Assembly: GCF_009914755.1 (NCBI RefSeq)
Contig: NC_060932.1
DNA length: 64,000 nt
Source: the human T2T-CHM13v2.0 reference genome, Homo sapiens
Reading direction: 5' to 3' (one strand)
Shown: in pieces, positions 1-14,337 of the stretch
How positions within the stretch are numbered: the first letter of the stretch is position 1
Layout: each line of letters begins with the position of its first letter
Made by a program: the position numbers and the translations under genes
The notes under the pieces: model-generated
Databases searched by the model: none
Seen by the model: only the letters and a program-made list of their open reading frames with translations
Told to the model about the DNA's origin: nothing

Positions 1-59
1 AACAAATAACAAAAGCCCGTTAAGCAAAATAGAACTATTCAACATTATATTTTACTTAG

Positions 60-382
<323 letters not shown>

Positions 383-1054
383 TAGAAATCAAATGTTTTA
401 TGTAATGACTAGTGAAAAAGAAAACACCCACTAGAGAGTAGGAGTCAGGAAACTAAGCAAACCATTTAACCATTCTAAGTCTCAGAATATTTATAAAAAA
501 TTAAAATCTAAAGTTTTTCCTTCAATTTACATGGTCAACTTCATTTGTATTAACGAAATACCAAAGAAACTCTTGTCAAATATCAAAAGGAGTGACTTCC
601 TAACCAATACACTTGGTCTTGGAGTCTATTAAAAAATCTTCCTGGGATAGAATTTTACCTTTATCAACATGCGTAGAAACATTTTCATAATGCGCTTTAC
701 TGCTTCAGACATTTGGCAAAAGTAGATACTTTAAAAAATTATGCAATACCACAAACAAGATTTTACCTGAATTCTTCATAGCAATATATAAATGGGTTGT
801 TCTATTGATGTATAAAGATGTATATACAAAGAGGAAAATAAAAACTTAATATGGAAAACGTATTAATACTAGTTAAATCCAAAGAAGTCATTACGAGATT
901 TCATTTTAAATTGACTATTCTGAACTTTTTTGGATAACAATGTTGTGATAATTCACTAATTATAACATTCAAACATATAAGTCCTCGACTTTTAAATTCT
1001 CACTGTAGTCTAAGGGGTTGTGTGCAGACTTAAGAAAAAGGCAGTAAATCCAGT

Positions 1055-1415
1055 ATTGAAAAGCCCAGGCTTGCCACTGTAAGCCTGACTTACTATTTGT
1101 GTGACCTTTAGCAATTTTTTAAAATGTATTGTAATAAAAAACATATAACATGGAATTTACCATCTTAGCCATTTTAAAGTGTACAGTAGAGTAATTTTAA
1201 AAATATTCACATTATTGTGAAACAGATCTCCAGGAATTTTTCATCGTGCAATTTTGAAACACTGTACCCACTGGAGCAACGTTTAACTTATTTAAGTCTC
1301 AGTTTTCTCATCTATAAAAATGGATGATGATAGCACCATTTATGACTAAATGAGACAGTTTCTATAAAGCCTATAACATAATACCTGGCACATATCTAGG
1401 GCTCACTGAATGTAG
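1055..1415 (+). mobile_element. MIR split by an old L1 3' fragment
   Basis: tgtgacctttagcaa ... tctcagttttctcatctataaaaatgg ... cctggcacata core. Confidence 0.75.
1115..1275 (-). mobile_element. L1MB-type 3' end inserted in the MIR
   Basis: atttaccatcttagccattttaaagtgtacagt...ttcacattattgtgaaac; agcaa on both sides. Confidence 0.75.
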
Positions 1416-1690
1416 AGAATTATTACATGAGTGTCTTTAATTGCATATTAAATGGAGGAGTGCCTTGTATATTATAATATGTAGTATGATTTCACAAAAT
1501 ATGTGTAAATTAAAGCTTTTAAGATGCATTTTTAAAAGCTCATTTTATGTGGTATTCTTGAAGATTCATTTTAAAATGATTCTTGGTAAGACACAGAACA
1601 TTCCCTAATGTCTATGTCTTGTAAAGTTGGAATGGTCATCAGGCAGTTTTTAATTGGCATTTTCTCAGACTCAAGTTCTTCGTTAGCAGA

Positions 1691-1954
1691 TTCATTCATT
1701 TATTTAGAGACACCACCCAGGCTGAAATGCAGTGGTGTGATCATGGCTCACTGCAGCTTTGACCTCTAGGGCTCAAGTGATCCTCCTGCCTCAGTTGGGA
1801 GCATAGGCATGCACCACCACACCTGGCTAATTTTTTTATTTTTAATAGAGGCAAAGTCTCACTACATTACTGGTCGCAAACTCCTGGGCTCAAGCAATCC
1901 TTCCACTTCAGCCTCCCAACGTACTGGGATTACAGGTGTGAGCCACTGCACCCG
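1691..1954 (-). mobile_element. AluJ (old, internal deletions)
   Basis: gatcatggctcactgcagc, ctcctgggctcaagcaatcc (J-type features). Confidence 0.9.
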
Positions 1955-2199
1955 TTATACTTTATTTAAACATTCTTTTTAGTGTGCACTTCAGTTAAGG
2001 GCCGTCATTGATCATGCTGCATATTATACCAACAGATCTATTTTAATGGATGTTAATAGTTCAAAACATCATGGGAATGCCTTCACAGTCACAAGTGAGT
2101 AAAACATTGTCCTAATCCTCAAGGATTTAAATAGGACTAGCGAAACTCACCAGCAACTAAACTGTTACATCATGTAGGGTAGGTGATGTAAAAGATCAA

Positions 2200-2740
2200 A
2201 TAGTTTTTTCATTGTGTAAATATATTACAGCTTATGTACCAATTATTCTGTCAATTGACTTCAGTGTTTGGGTTGTTTCCATGTTTTTGCTGTTGCAAAC
2301 AGAGCTGCTAAAAACATTGTATATAACCCCAGAGGCAAAACAAAGATAAAACAGAACCCCAGAACTTGCTTCATTATTGATCTTTTATTGACAGAGAGCA
2401 AAAAAACTAAGCAGCTGTGGTAAGCTTGACGAAAATACAAAAGTATACTTTATGTAATATAAATATACCTATAAAAACAAAGACACATAAGAATTTCTCT
2501 CAGAATTTTTGAGTTGAAGTCAATGTTTAACTTTACAAGATGGTATCAAATTATTTTCCCAAGCGATTGTACCATTTTACAACCCTTCCCTAACATTAAT
2601 AGTGTATAAACGATCCAATTTATCCACATGCCTTCCAACACTCGGTTCAGACAGAATTCTTAATTGTTGCCAGTGTAATAGTATGGAACTGTATCTCATC
2701 ACAATCTCCATGTGCATTTCCTTGACTAGCGACTTATTAC
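2200..2740 (-). mobile_element. Old L1M (L1ME-like) ORF2 3' fragments
   Basis: gggttgtttccatgtttttgctg; attgtaccattttaca; tgcatttccttgact. Confidence 0.65.
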
Positions 2741-2757
2741 TTTTTTAAACATTAAAA

Positions 2758-3650
2758 TTATTGGCTATTACTAAAAACATAACACATGCTGGTAAGGTTG
2801 TGGAGTCAAAGTAATGCTTACACACTGTTGGGAGGAGTGTAAATTAATTCAACTGTCATGGAAAACAGTGTGGCGATTCCTCAAATACCTAAAATCAGGG
2901 AAGGGAGAGCATTAGGACAAACACCTAATGCACGTGGGGCTTAAAACCTAGATGACAACTTGACAGGTGCAGCAAACCACCATACCACATGTATACCAAT
3001 GTAACAAACCTGCACATTCTGCACGTGTATCCCAGAACTTAAAGTAAACTAAAAATTAAAAATAAATTTAAAAAGGAAGAAAGAAATTCCACTTGACCGA
3101 GCAATCCTATTACTGGGCATAAACACAAAGGAATGTAAATCATTCTATTGTAAAGACACATGCATGCTTGTGTTCACTGCAGCACTATTCACAATAGCAA
3201 AAACATGGAATCAACCCAAAAGCCCATCAATGACAGACTGGATAAAGAAAATGTGATACCTGTACGCCATAGATTACTATGCAGCCATAAAAAAAAAAGA
3301 ATAAGATCATGTCCTTTGCAGGGACATGGATGGAGCTGGAGGCCATTATCCGTACCAAGCTAACACAGGAATAGAAAATCAGATACTGGATGATCTCACT
3401 TATAAGTGGGAGCTAAATGATGAGAACACATAGACACATAGAGTGGAGCTACACACACTGGGGCCTGTTGGAGGATGGAGGGTAGGAGGAAGGAGAGCAT
3501 CAGGAACAGCAACTAATGAATACAAGGCTTAATACCTGGATGTTGAAATAATCTGTATAACAAACCCCCGTGACACACATTTACTCATGTAACAAACCTG
3601 CACATCCTGCACATGTACCCCTAAACCTAAACATAAACATAAAATAAAAA
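2758..3650 (+). mobile_element. L1PA13-16-type ORF2 end plus 3'UTR, interrupted at ~2897-3080
   Basis: ORF2 C-terminal homology (aaagacacatgca...gcagcactattcacaatagcaa) and 3'UTR ending tgcacatgtacccctaaacc plus A tail. Confidence 0.9.
2897..3080 (+). mobile_element. Younger L1PA 3' end nested in the older L1
   Basis: gggagagcattaggacaaacacctaatgc...tatcccagaacttaaagtaaa plus A-rich tail, inside host ORF2 sequence. Confidence 0.85.
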
Positions 3651-4655
3651 TTGAAATTCTGGAACTTCTAAAAAAAATTTAGATGCAACTTCAAGATATA
3701 GATAGTCAATTAAATAAAGGTTGAAACACAGGCAGAATTTAGGTAAATGGGGAAAGAAAATGACTTCTAGGAGAGGAAGATTGCAAAACCAAAGGAAAAG
3801 AGTTAACAAGGAGAAGACTCATGTTAGGAACAGAAAGCAGTCAAGATTGCTAGGAAGATGGGCTAAATTCAGGGTAAAAATGGAAACGTTGTTTGCAGCT
3901 TTCAGACAGCATTAAACACCAGGATGAAGAGTTTATACTTACTGTATTATACTACTTATATAAACCTGAAAGCAATTTAAGTGAAAAAATGGAAGAAATT
4001 CTCAAAGTGTTAAGTTTAACATTTTCAAAATACCCACATTATAAGTAATATTTGCATTATCTAATTAGGTGACAGTTCTTACACACCAAACTCAAAGCTC
4101 AGTTAAATAGGTTTGGTCATTTAAAGCTGAGAGGCTTTAATCTTACTCACCTTCTAGTCTGTACCATGAAAGTTACTGTCTAGGGAAGTGTTAACGGAAT
4201 CCTCAGTCATGGGTTATCTGTTCCTTTAGCCATAGGATTTTATTATATTTCTTTTTTTAATGAACATGTTACATGTTATGTTTTCAATTTTAGAAACAAT
4301 TTCTCATTCAATAGAAGATAGTGCATGTCTATAAATACTTGGCATTTGACGGCAAATAGTCTAATTGAAAGGTTTTAAAGACTTTCTATGTTTAGAAAGC
4401 ATAATACTGTATGTGAATATACCAAGCGGTTTTCCAAAAATTAACTTTTAAACATATCAGCTTTATGCTTAAAGAGCCATGGAAATTTGAAAGTAATATT
4501 TCATAGAAGAATTATTTTATGATCAAACTCACCTTACTGAACAATTTAAATCCAATAATTGAAAATATATACTTAGAAAAATTAACAAATACAGAACAGT
4601 TTTCTCCTAATAATTTCCTCAGATAGTCAAACCTTATCAAAAGAAACTATATGTT

Positions 4656-5011
<356 letters not shown>

Positions 5012-6289
5012 TTATTCTAGGGAAGAAATTGTAGATAATTTATTTTCCTTTCCAGGGAGAGCAAATTCAAAGTTCTTGAAAAACATTAAATAAAATATCA
5101 GCCATAGTTGAAATCAAATGAAAAGACAGAATAGCGAACATGCCTCCAGAATCAAGAGAACACAATATGACAAATAAAGGGCATTTAGATGTTCCTCAGA
5201 TGGTCGAAATTATGCCAAGAGACAGTAGGCAGTGGAACGTCCCACCTACAGCAGCTGATGGATAACGAAAGAGGAAACCAGGCAGCTGGTGGGCTAAAAT
5301 ATGTTGTAAAATAAGGAGCTGAGGCCTTACCTCAATGGATATGGCATGGCCAAGTATTCAGCAATTTTCCAGAATTAGTGCTATTCTATCTGTAAATGTT
5401 GACAACATCAACTATTTGATTTTAAAGATTATACATTTAATCTTACAATGGGAGGCATTGTAAATGATCATTTTTTAAAAAGAAAGAAAATAGAAGAAAT
5501 TTGCAAAATGTTGATAGGCCCATAGACTGATTCATTGATAAAAAGGAACTGATGGAACAGTAAGGTCAATATTCAAAGCAAGATAAAGATCTAAAATGTA
5601 TAATGGGCAATCTGTAGTGATCTAAATTTAAGTTAAGGTCTAACAGAATGTATCACTTTGTTTTATGGCTTAAAATGAGATGAGGCATCTTCACTTGTAA
5701 GCAATCAGCCTGTCTTGGTTATTCTCTGAGACACCCTGAACCAGTATACGTGGACCTTTCATGGGCGCCTCTGTCCAGCTTCCAGTCTAGACACTTGGGG
5801 AAGCTATGAACTCCCTACTCCAGCCTAAAGTTCAGCCTCCTGATATACCCAGAACAGCCATTGCCCTGTAGGCCTCACCACTTCCTATAAAGAGAATACA
5901 ACAGAATAATTTCTATTTACCACTCACCACTTCCTATGACCTCTACCTGTAAGCCCCATGCTTGGGGCCTAGCCTTGCAATTTGCTCCATGTAAACATTC
6001 CACTCTGAATTCCCTGCCATTTCCCCAGGACACTGCCTCCTGAGCCGGGAGGAATCACTCTTCCTGCCTTGGAATTTCTCTAAAGCACTTTCCTTCTCAA
6101 CCGCACCCCTACAACACCCTCCACAACCATTTCTTTTTTTGTTTTTTTCTTTGAGAATTTTTTTTTTACTAATCAATAAAATCCCTTTGATGATAATGCA
6201 AGAGCATTACATTTTTCTATAAATTTTGTTTTACCAATCACCTAAATATTACAGCATTTTACAATGTCTAAAAGACATTGTAGCGCAGA

Positions 6290-6430
6290 GATCTGAGTTC
6301 AAAACCAAATTCTCCCATTTAATTTCTCTAAGCCTCAATTACCCCATGTAGCGAATGGGACTCATGTCTATATTAAGAGGACATATTTTCAAATACATAG
6401 TAAAATGCTCAGAGCATGGTAATAACACAA
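6290..6430 (+). mobile_element. MIR fragment
   Basis: atctgagttcaaa...tctctaagcctcaatt...gtaaaatgctcagagca. Confidence 0.55.
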
Positions 6431-6484
6431 TAAATTAGATAAGCTGACTTTCTAGAAACTACCTGTGCCCCTTATTCTTTGTTT

Positions 6485-6605
6485 ATTGTATAATAATACA
6501 TTGTTGCTAACTCAGATGCAATGTTATACAGCAAACCTCTTGAACTTATTCATCTTGCTCAGCTGGAACACTGTACCCATTGATTGCCAGTTCCCCATCT
6601 TCCTT
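6485..6605 (-). mobile_element. Old L1M 3'UTR fragment
   Basis: atgttatacagcaaacctcttgaacttattcatcttg...tgtacccattga. Confidence 0.7.
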
Positions 6606-8539
6606 TTAACATATTGGAGCTATAATCAAAGACAGAAAAGGCCATGGACTTCAGACAACCTCTGCATTCTATATAATAGCCCAAATCACACAGGGAATAA
6701 TTACGAAGACTGAGCAAAGTTACGAAGTGCAGGGAAGGAAAAAAACTAGACGAAGGCAAACAAGTTCTCCACAAACTGTATTTTACCCTAGGATATAAAG
6801 AAAACTCTATGTCCAATAAATGCTACTTATTTTCAATCAAGAGATAGCATATTGGTTCTAAACATAGTGAAGTCAACTTAGAAAATATGATAAACAATTT
6901 TAGATATTGTCTTGGCATTTGGACACATTATGAGACTTTCCTCAAGCTGTTACTCTCATGTAGTAGACTAAAAAACTACGTATTATATCCATGGACATAA
7001 AAGTATAAAGAGTTGTTTTGCTGGGAACAAACCTTCAGGAAAAAAGAAATAAGACTAAAATAGTAAATTTTAATAGTCTAGAGATATCAATTAAATAATA
7101 ATTAACCTGTTTAAGTAAAGATTCTTATTAATTGATGAAGATCAAATAATAAAATAATGAAAGTTAATCTCAGTAGATTTTTCTTCAGATAGAGGGAATG
7201 AGGATGGTGTATATGAATAGTGAATTATCTCTTCATTAGACTTCTTTTCCTTAGCTTGTTCTCTTTAGCTGAAAATAACAAAGTTAAAGAAAAAACTGAG
7301 AATACAGATTTTGTATTTTCTGGAATTATTTCACAGAACTTTACAGTTTTGACATAAAACTACGTAAGATGTATCATCAACAACCACTGAAAGTAGGCAT
7401 TAAAGGGTTTTCATGATCTCAAGATGTTCTGATAATTACAAACCAGGAAACCAAAAATAACAAGTAATTTTCGTTGTTTCAGTAATGTGAATAGTTTACA
7501 ATTCATGCTGGGAAATGCATTATTTCACATTATAAATGGCACAAAGCATGGTACACAGTCATCAGTTTTGGAAATAATTTATGACTGAAAAAGAAAATGA
7601 GTACTGTTTTGGTATAACCCTGCAACAACAACAACAAAAAAGGACAGCCTCCTCAAAAAAGTAATTCTGCCAATTTAATCAGAGGAGAATTAACAAGACA
7701 TTAGGAAATAGAGGCAAAATAAAAACGGGTTTGGAAGGCACGTAACCTGATCATTAGCAGAAGTAAAGGTACTTTTCTCAAACAGAATAACAAAGTAGGA
7801 AGAAGATATAAGCTAAACTGTACCACACAACAACCTGCAAGGAACTACTTTGTGTAGGATTATGCCGGCCAGTCATCAAATGTGCCAACTCCCACCTGGC
7901 ATTGAAATTTAGGTCAAAATGTCCTGTTTAGTAGGCTGACTATTATATGCACATTTTTACTATGTGTTATAAAAAAAATTAAAAGTGATTACAGAAGGTT
8001 GCTTTTCTAGATTCCTCTTATCGTTCCTACATCCATGCAAGTCTTTATAGAAATCAAGGAAAACCACCCTAGTCATGATAACAAGGAAAAACTATCACCC
8101 TCTCATCCCGCAAAACTAATATCATGATGTCACTACAAACAGGGAAATAATCCACACATGTTCTCCCCAGTTTATCTGAGTGCTTCAAATGTGTAGAAAG
8201 TTCTTTTCTACATAGACAGATGAATAAATACTGTCTTTTCCACTGGCTATATAAAAGCCATTGTGTAAAGCTACTGAAGACACTTTAACATGTTGGTATA
8301 TTGATTTGATAGTCCCTTTACAAAATATTACTTGCCATATTACATATTTTAGGGCTCAGTAACATGTCCTAAAAGGAAGACTTAGTCTGGAAATTATTCT
8401 ACATCTGCTCTTTTATTGCTTTGTTTTTTTGTAAATGCTCTCTTTGATCAAAAACAATACTCATTCTAATCTACATATGAAGGGGTCACAAATTTAGCAC
8501 TGATACAAAGAACAAGTTAAAAAAAAAAACAGAGGGAAA

Positions 8540-8966
<427 letters not shown>

Positions 8967-10237
8967 TCAATTAGCAATGTTAATTGATTCCTGAAAATCT
9001 TGCCACTCAATAAAAAGCCATTAAAAGAAAAAAGAAATCCAAGAACTTTTAATGAGAAAAAATTACACTGTGTTTTATTTCAATACAAAATGCCCAAACA
9101 ATTTTTACAGGAAAAATGTTTATTAAATAAAGAAAACAAGTTATGTAAGTGAAAATATTAACTTGAAAATAGTTTTTTATACAAATTAGAATAAAGATTT
9201 ATTCTTTTTACTTTCTGCACCTCGCTCTTCACCTTTTTTTCTACTTAAGAGTTTATAATTATATTTGAATTATACTTAAGAATAAAGATATACCACAGAA
9301 AAAACACCTAAGGGCTAAAGACCAAATATGACAGAGCCTAGATACCCAAATAAAATAGCATGTGTTCCCATGAAATTGAGAAGTCTTTTCAACGTTTGCT
9401 TGGCAAACTAAAATGTTTCAGCTCATACAAACAGTGTGAGATACAAATTTGTTCTGTGTGATGATATTCTCTTACTAGAAACTGTAGTGTCAAGCAAATA
9501 AGTGCTTGTGTCTTTGCCTCAAACCATTATGTTGAAATATCAGTTCTTCAGATATACTTAATATATATTGCAGTGAACATTTTGATACGCTAAAAAAAAG
9601 TCACCTAAAAAGCAGATAACTTTTCGAAAGTCGCTAGGGCAAGAGGTCACTAACTGAACAGTTGTTATGGGAAGTAAGTACCTACACACATTTGTGTTTC
9701 TGTCTGTATAATTCATAACTCCATTAGGTGAATAACAGATAAAAATTTATAAGGTGAAGTGTTATATTTAGATTTAGAGGAAAAAATAACATGAGATTAT
9801 TTGGGGAGGTGAACTTTTCCTACTCTTCTGATACCTTCTTCTAATGCTTTTAATTTTCAACTTTCAATTTTTGAACCTGTGTTACATCTTATGCAGTGAG
9901 AAAAAGTCCTCAAACGATGGTGGGTAAGCCATAGAATGGTGCACTCATCACTGAGTATCCATTCATAGGACAATCCTTGAAAAAATAGAGGAAACCATTT
10001 TATTCATTCCGAAATTCATGGAAGAGTAAATATCTTGAAGTAGACTCCTCTATCTAGCAAAATACATTTTTCATCATCACATAAAACTAAATATGTGTAC
10101 CTGATATTTCACAAATGTTTTTCCAGATGCCAATAATATCCTTAATTCTTAGGTTAACTGACCAAAAAATACAACAAACCTAGATTATCAAACTATAATT
10201 CACTAAAATATAGATTAGCATTATACTAAATATAATG

Positions 10238-11420
10238 CAGTCATGTGCCCCTTAACAATGGGCATACGTTCCTGAAAAAGCATCATTACCGATTTTTTCA
10301 TTGTGAAAACAACATAGGGTATACTTAAGCACACACCTAGATAATAGATCCTACTACATACCAAAGAATAAATGGTACAGCCTATTACTCCTAGGCTACA
10401 AACATGTTTAGCATGTTACTACACTGAATACCAGAGGCAACTTTAACTAAATGGTAGGTATTTGTGTATCTAAACATAAAAAGGTACAGTAAAAATACAG
10501 CATAAAAGATTTTTTTAAGTGGCACACCTGTATAGGACCCTTACCATGAATGGAGCTTGCAAGATTAGAAGTTGCCCTGGGTGAGTCTCAGTGAGTGGTG
10601 AGTGAATGTTGAATCCTAGGACATTACTATATACCACCGTAGACTTTATAAACTAACTGTACACTTAAAGTACACAAAATTTATTTTAAAAATTGTTTTA
10701 TCTTCAAAATAAATCTCAGGTTACTGAAACTTTTTTACTTTATCAAGGTTATAATTTTTTAAACTTTTCGGCTGTTGTAATAACAGCTTAAAACACAAAC
10801 ACATTGTACGGCTATACAAAAATATTTTCTTTCTTTATATCTTTAAGCTTTTAAAATTTTCAATATTAATTTTACCTTTTTAAACTTTTTTGTGAAAAAC
10901 AAAGACACACACACATTGGCTTAGGCCTACACAGGATCAGGGTTATCAACATCACTGTCATTCATCCCCCGCATCTTGTCCCACTGGAAACCCTTCAGGG
11001 GCAGTAACAGGCATGGAGCTGTCATCTCCTAGGATAACAATGCCTTCTTCTGAAATACCTCCTGAAGGACCTGCCTTAGGCTGTTTTACAGTTAACTTTT
11101 TTTATAAGTAGAAAGATTACACTCTAAAGTATGCATCAATAGTATAGTAAATACATAAACCAGTAACATAGTCATTTATTATCAAGTATTATATACTGTA
11201 CATAATTTTCTATGCTAGGCTGTCATACAGCTGGCAACACAGTAGCTTTGTTTACACCAGCATTACTACAAACACATGAGAAATGTATTGTAATACTTCA
11301 TTTTGATGGCAAGGACATCACCAGATATTAGAATTTTTCAGGTCCATTATAAGTTTATGGTATCACCATGGTATATGTGGTCCATCATTAACCAAAACTT
11401 CACTCTATGGCACTTGACTG
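10238..11420 (-). mobile_element. Tigger3b (Golem/MER7 family, TcMar-Tigger), essentially full length, non-autonomous
   Basis: TIRs CAGTCATGTGCC / GGCACTTGACTG; internal ctcctaggctacaaac, aggtacagtaaaaatac; ~1.18 kb. Confidence 0.9.
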
Positions 11421-12394
11421 CATAATACACTGTACCTTTGATAACTCAGAGATGTCATGTGATCTTATATTGTCTCTGCATCATTTTGTGTGTTACTGAT
11501 TAGAGGGCTTTAATTTAGATGTGAAAGTTTCAGGGGATTGGGTTAAAGCCAAAATGATCCTATGACATATTCTTTATGTTGCCATTTGGGGAAGAAAAAT
11601 CACTAATATCTTCTTGTTTACTTGCCATCTATGTTACTTATGAAAATATACCGGGATAGCTTTCCCAACTATTTATAATTGCTAGAGATTTTGATTCTAA
11701 ATAAAAGATAGCTAGCATTACTGGGCATTATGGTAATGCTTAGTTACAACTTATGATCTGTTCTCACAAAATCTCACAGTTCACAAAAATTAACTTTACT
11801 AGCTAGCATTTATTACTTCAAAATATTTTAAGGGATCAAGTGTAATTACTACATACTGCACAGAGTAATAAAGGTCTGTGTAAAGCAAAGAGAAGGAAGA
11901 ATTATTGTAAGAAAGAATGATGTACAAACTACTTAGATACTGAAAGGTAGAGTGGAAAAGCAGTTAACTACTTTTATAGTGCTGAAATAATATATTTTTT
12001 ATTTATTTTCCGTTTCAACAGCACATTCCAATTACACATTTTCTGTAACTTCTGCAACAATTATGTTTAAAACATTTAATTCTCCTTAATATGCTTGCTC
12101 ATAAAAATGAATTGTAATTATAAATTCTTCATCATATATACTGTCACTAGTAGAACTTCTGGTAGGAAACCAAAATGTATTTCATAATAATTACCTTATG
12201 CTTTTAAAATTTTCAATTATATTTAAAACAAACACGGTGCATGTTAGTTGTAGTTAGGACACGAACATGCAAGTATCATAGAATCAAACTCACACCGATT
12301 TGAAAAACTGAAACAGCTGCATCTCTATATCCCCAAAATAGAAAAGGCTGCCTAATTTAAAAAATGCTTCCTTCTGTGGCAAATCTGAGAAGTT

Positions 12395-12870
12395 GTATCG
12401 GGCATGAGTTTCCAGTTACTCTTCACCTCTCATGCATTTTCTCCTTTTTTTTTTCTTTTGTCCTACACCAGGCCCGGGAGACTGGTCCCGAAGGATTTCA
12501 TCACCCTAGATCTCTTGCACTCTGGCCTCACTAGGTTCAGGCAACGGGAGTCCCCAGCAGGAAACTGAGAGGTGAGGGAAGAGAGAGCAGGCGATTTCTT
12601 CACACACACCCTTCCTGCTTTGGTGTTCCGGAAGCGGAAGCCACGGGTCGAGTCTAAGATTTTAAATATAACCTATAATTATTAAAGTGTCAGGCTTTGG
12701 TAATATCGGGTGATGTTGATTCTTCCTTTTACCTGCAGCCTTGTAATGGCTTCCAACTGTTGCTAATCTCTGTATGCCTCAACAAACATTCATCACGCGT
12801 TCCCTTTGTATTCACTTTATTAAATTCCCACCAAAATTCTAGATACACATGCTGTCTGTCTCCTGACTGG
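12395..12870 (+). mobile_element. ERVL solo LTR, LTR33-like
   Basis: aatggcttccaactgttgctaatctctg...ttattaaa...ctgtctcctgactg 3' portion typical of LTR33/LTR16. Confidence 0.6.
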
Positions 12871-13549
12871 CAAATGGAGACTGTAACTGGGGAGTCTCTA
12901 GGCAATTAGACTGTAAATGCCCTATTACCTCAAGGCTCTCTTCATCTCCCAGGTTGCTTTTTAGCTCCAGATGCAAATATCACCCTGCTACATACAAGGT
13001 GGAAAATGGATCTCAAAATTTTGGAGCAGTATCTGTATAATCATCAGGGCAATTTTAATTGGGAACTAGGTAAACCTCACACACTCTCTGAAGCAAAGTT
13101 AGGCATTAAAAGATCAAAGTTAGGAGGAAAAAATAGAGGGAAAGCCAGGGCTTGAAGTCTGTCTTCTGCAGGATACTCCTGAAAATTTCCACTGAAGAAT
13201 TAACAACAGCAGATTTTTACTAAAGAGCCAAAGCTCTGAGGTTTCACTAGAAATGTATGAGAATTAAAAAATGTGTTGGTTTTTAAAATAATTAGTTCCA
13301 CCAAAATAATTGTAAAAGCTGCTGCATCAGAAAAATATACCGTGTTCACCATGAAGTTTTAAGTACTCACTGAGACACTGCAAGATATCTAGTTTGACTT
13401 ACATGTATGTTCCTACTTGTTTACTCTTTTTCTATATCTACTCACTTGATATATGAGAAATCTATTTATTGCCTCGATATCTTTATATCTGTCTAGTCAT
13501 GCATGACTTCTTCAAGAAGGGCAAATGAGAAGAAAACAGAAGAGAAACA

Positions 13550-13621
13550 GGGCTACCATCTTGAACAGCACAGAATACATCCTCTTCGATCACTGCCCCA
13601 AGTTCTGTTGGACCACACTGC
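13550..13621. mobile_element. MER3/MER33-like hAT-Charlie end fragment
   Basis: ggctaccatcttgaacagcacag...aagttctgttggaccacactg. Confidence 0.5.
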
Positions 13622-13877
13622 TTGAGACATCCTGAAGACTACATGAAGGCATAATTACATACTCAGACAGACTACAGAGTTATTTATGATAAGATGAAGT
13701 AATCTAAAGCCTCAAGATCTGCAACTTGGTTAATGATCATTTCTGGCTACTATAACTTTGTATGTAAAATGCATGACTTATGAATATTTTAAACACACTG
13801 TATTTTTTAGCTTTTCTTTATGTTAAAGCAAAGTCCAAAATAATACTATTTAAGCAGCATACAAGTTAATTTCTCTC

Positions 13878-14337
<460 letters not shown>

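Noticed and set aside
655-730. Minus-strand open stretch MSEAVKRIMKMFLRMLIK ending at AAG|GTAAAA
   Set aside because: Weak donor and acceptor; peptide not recognised
2200-2900. Adjacent opposite-strand L1 ORF2 pieces suggesting twin-priming inversion
   Set aside because: The pieces cover overlapping ORF2 coordinates and differ greatly in age, so they are independent insertions
5331-5389. Minus-strand mini-exon with a GAG|GTAAGG donor
   Set aside because: Weak pyrimidine tract and stops in all frames; such pseudo-exons are common
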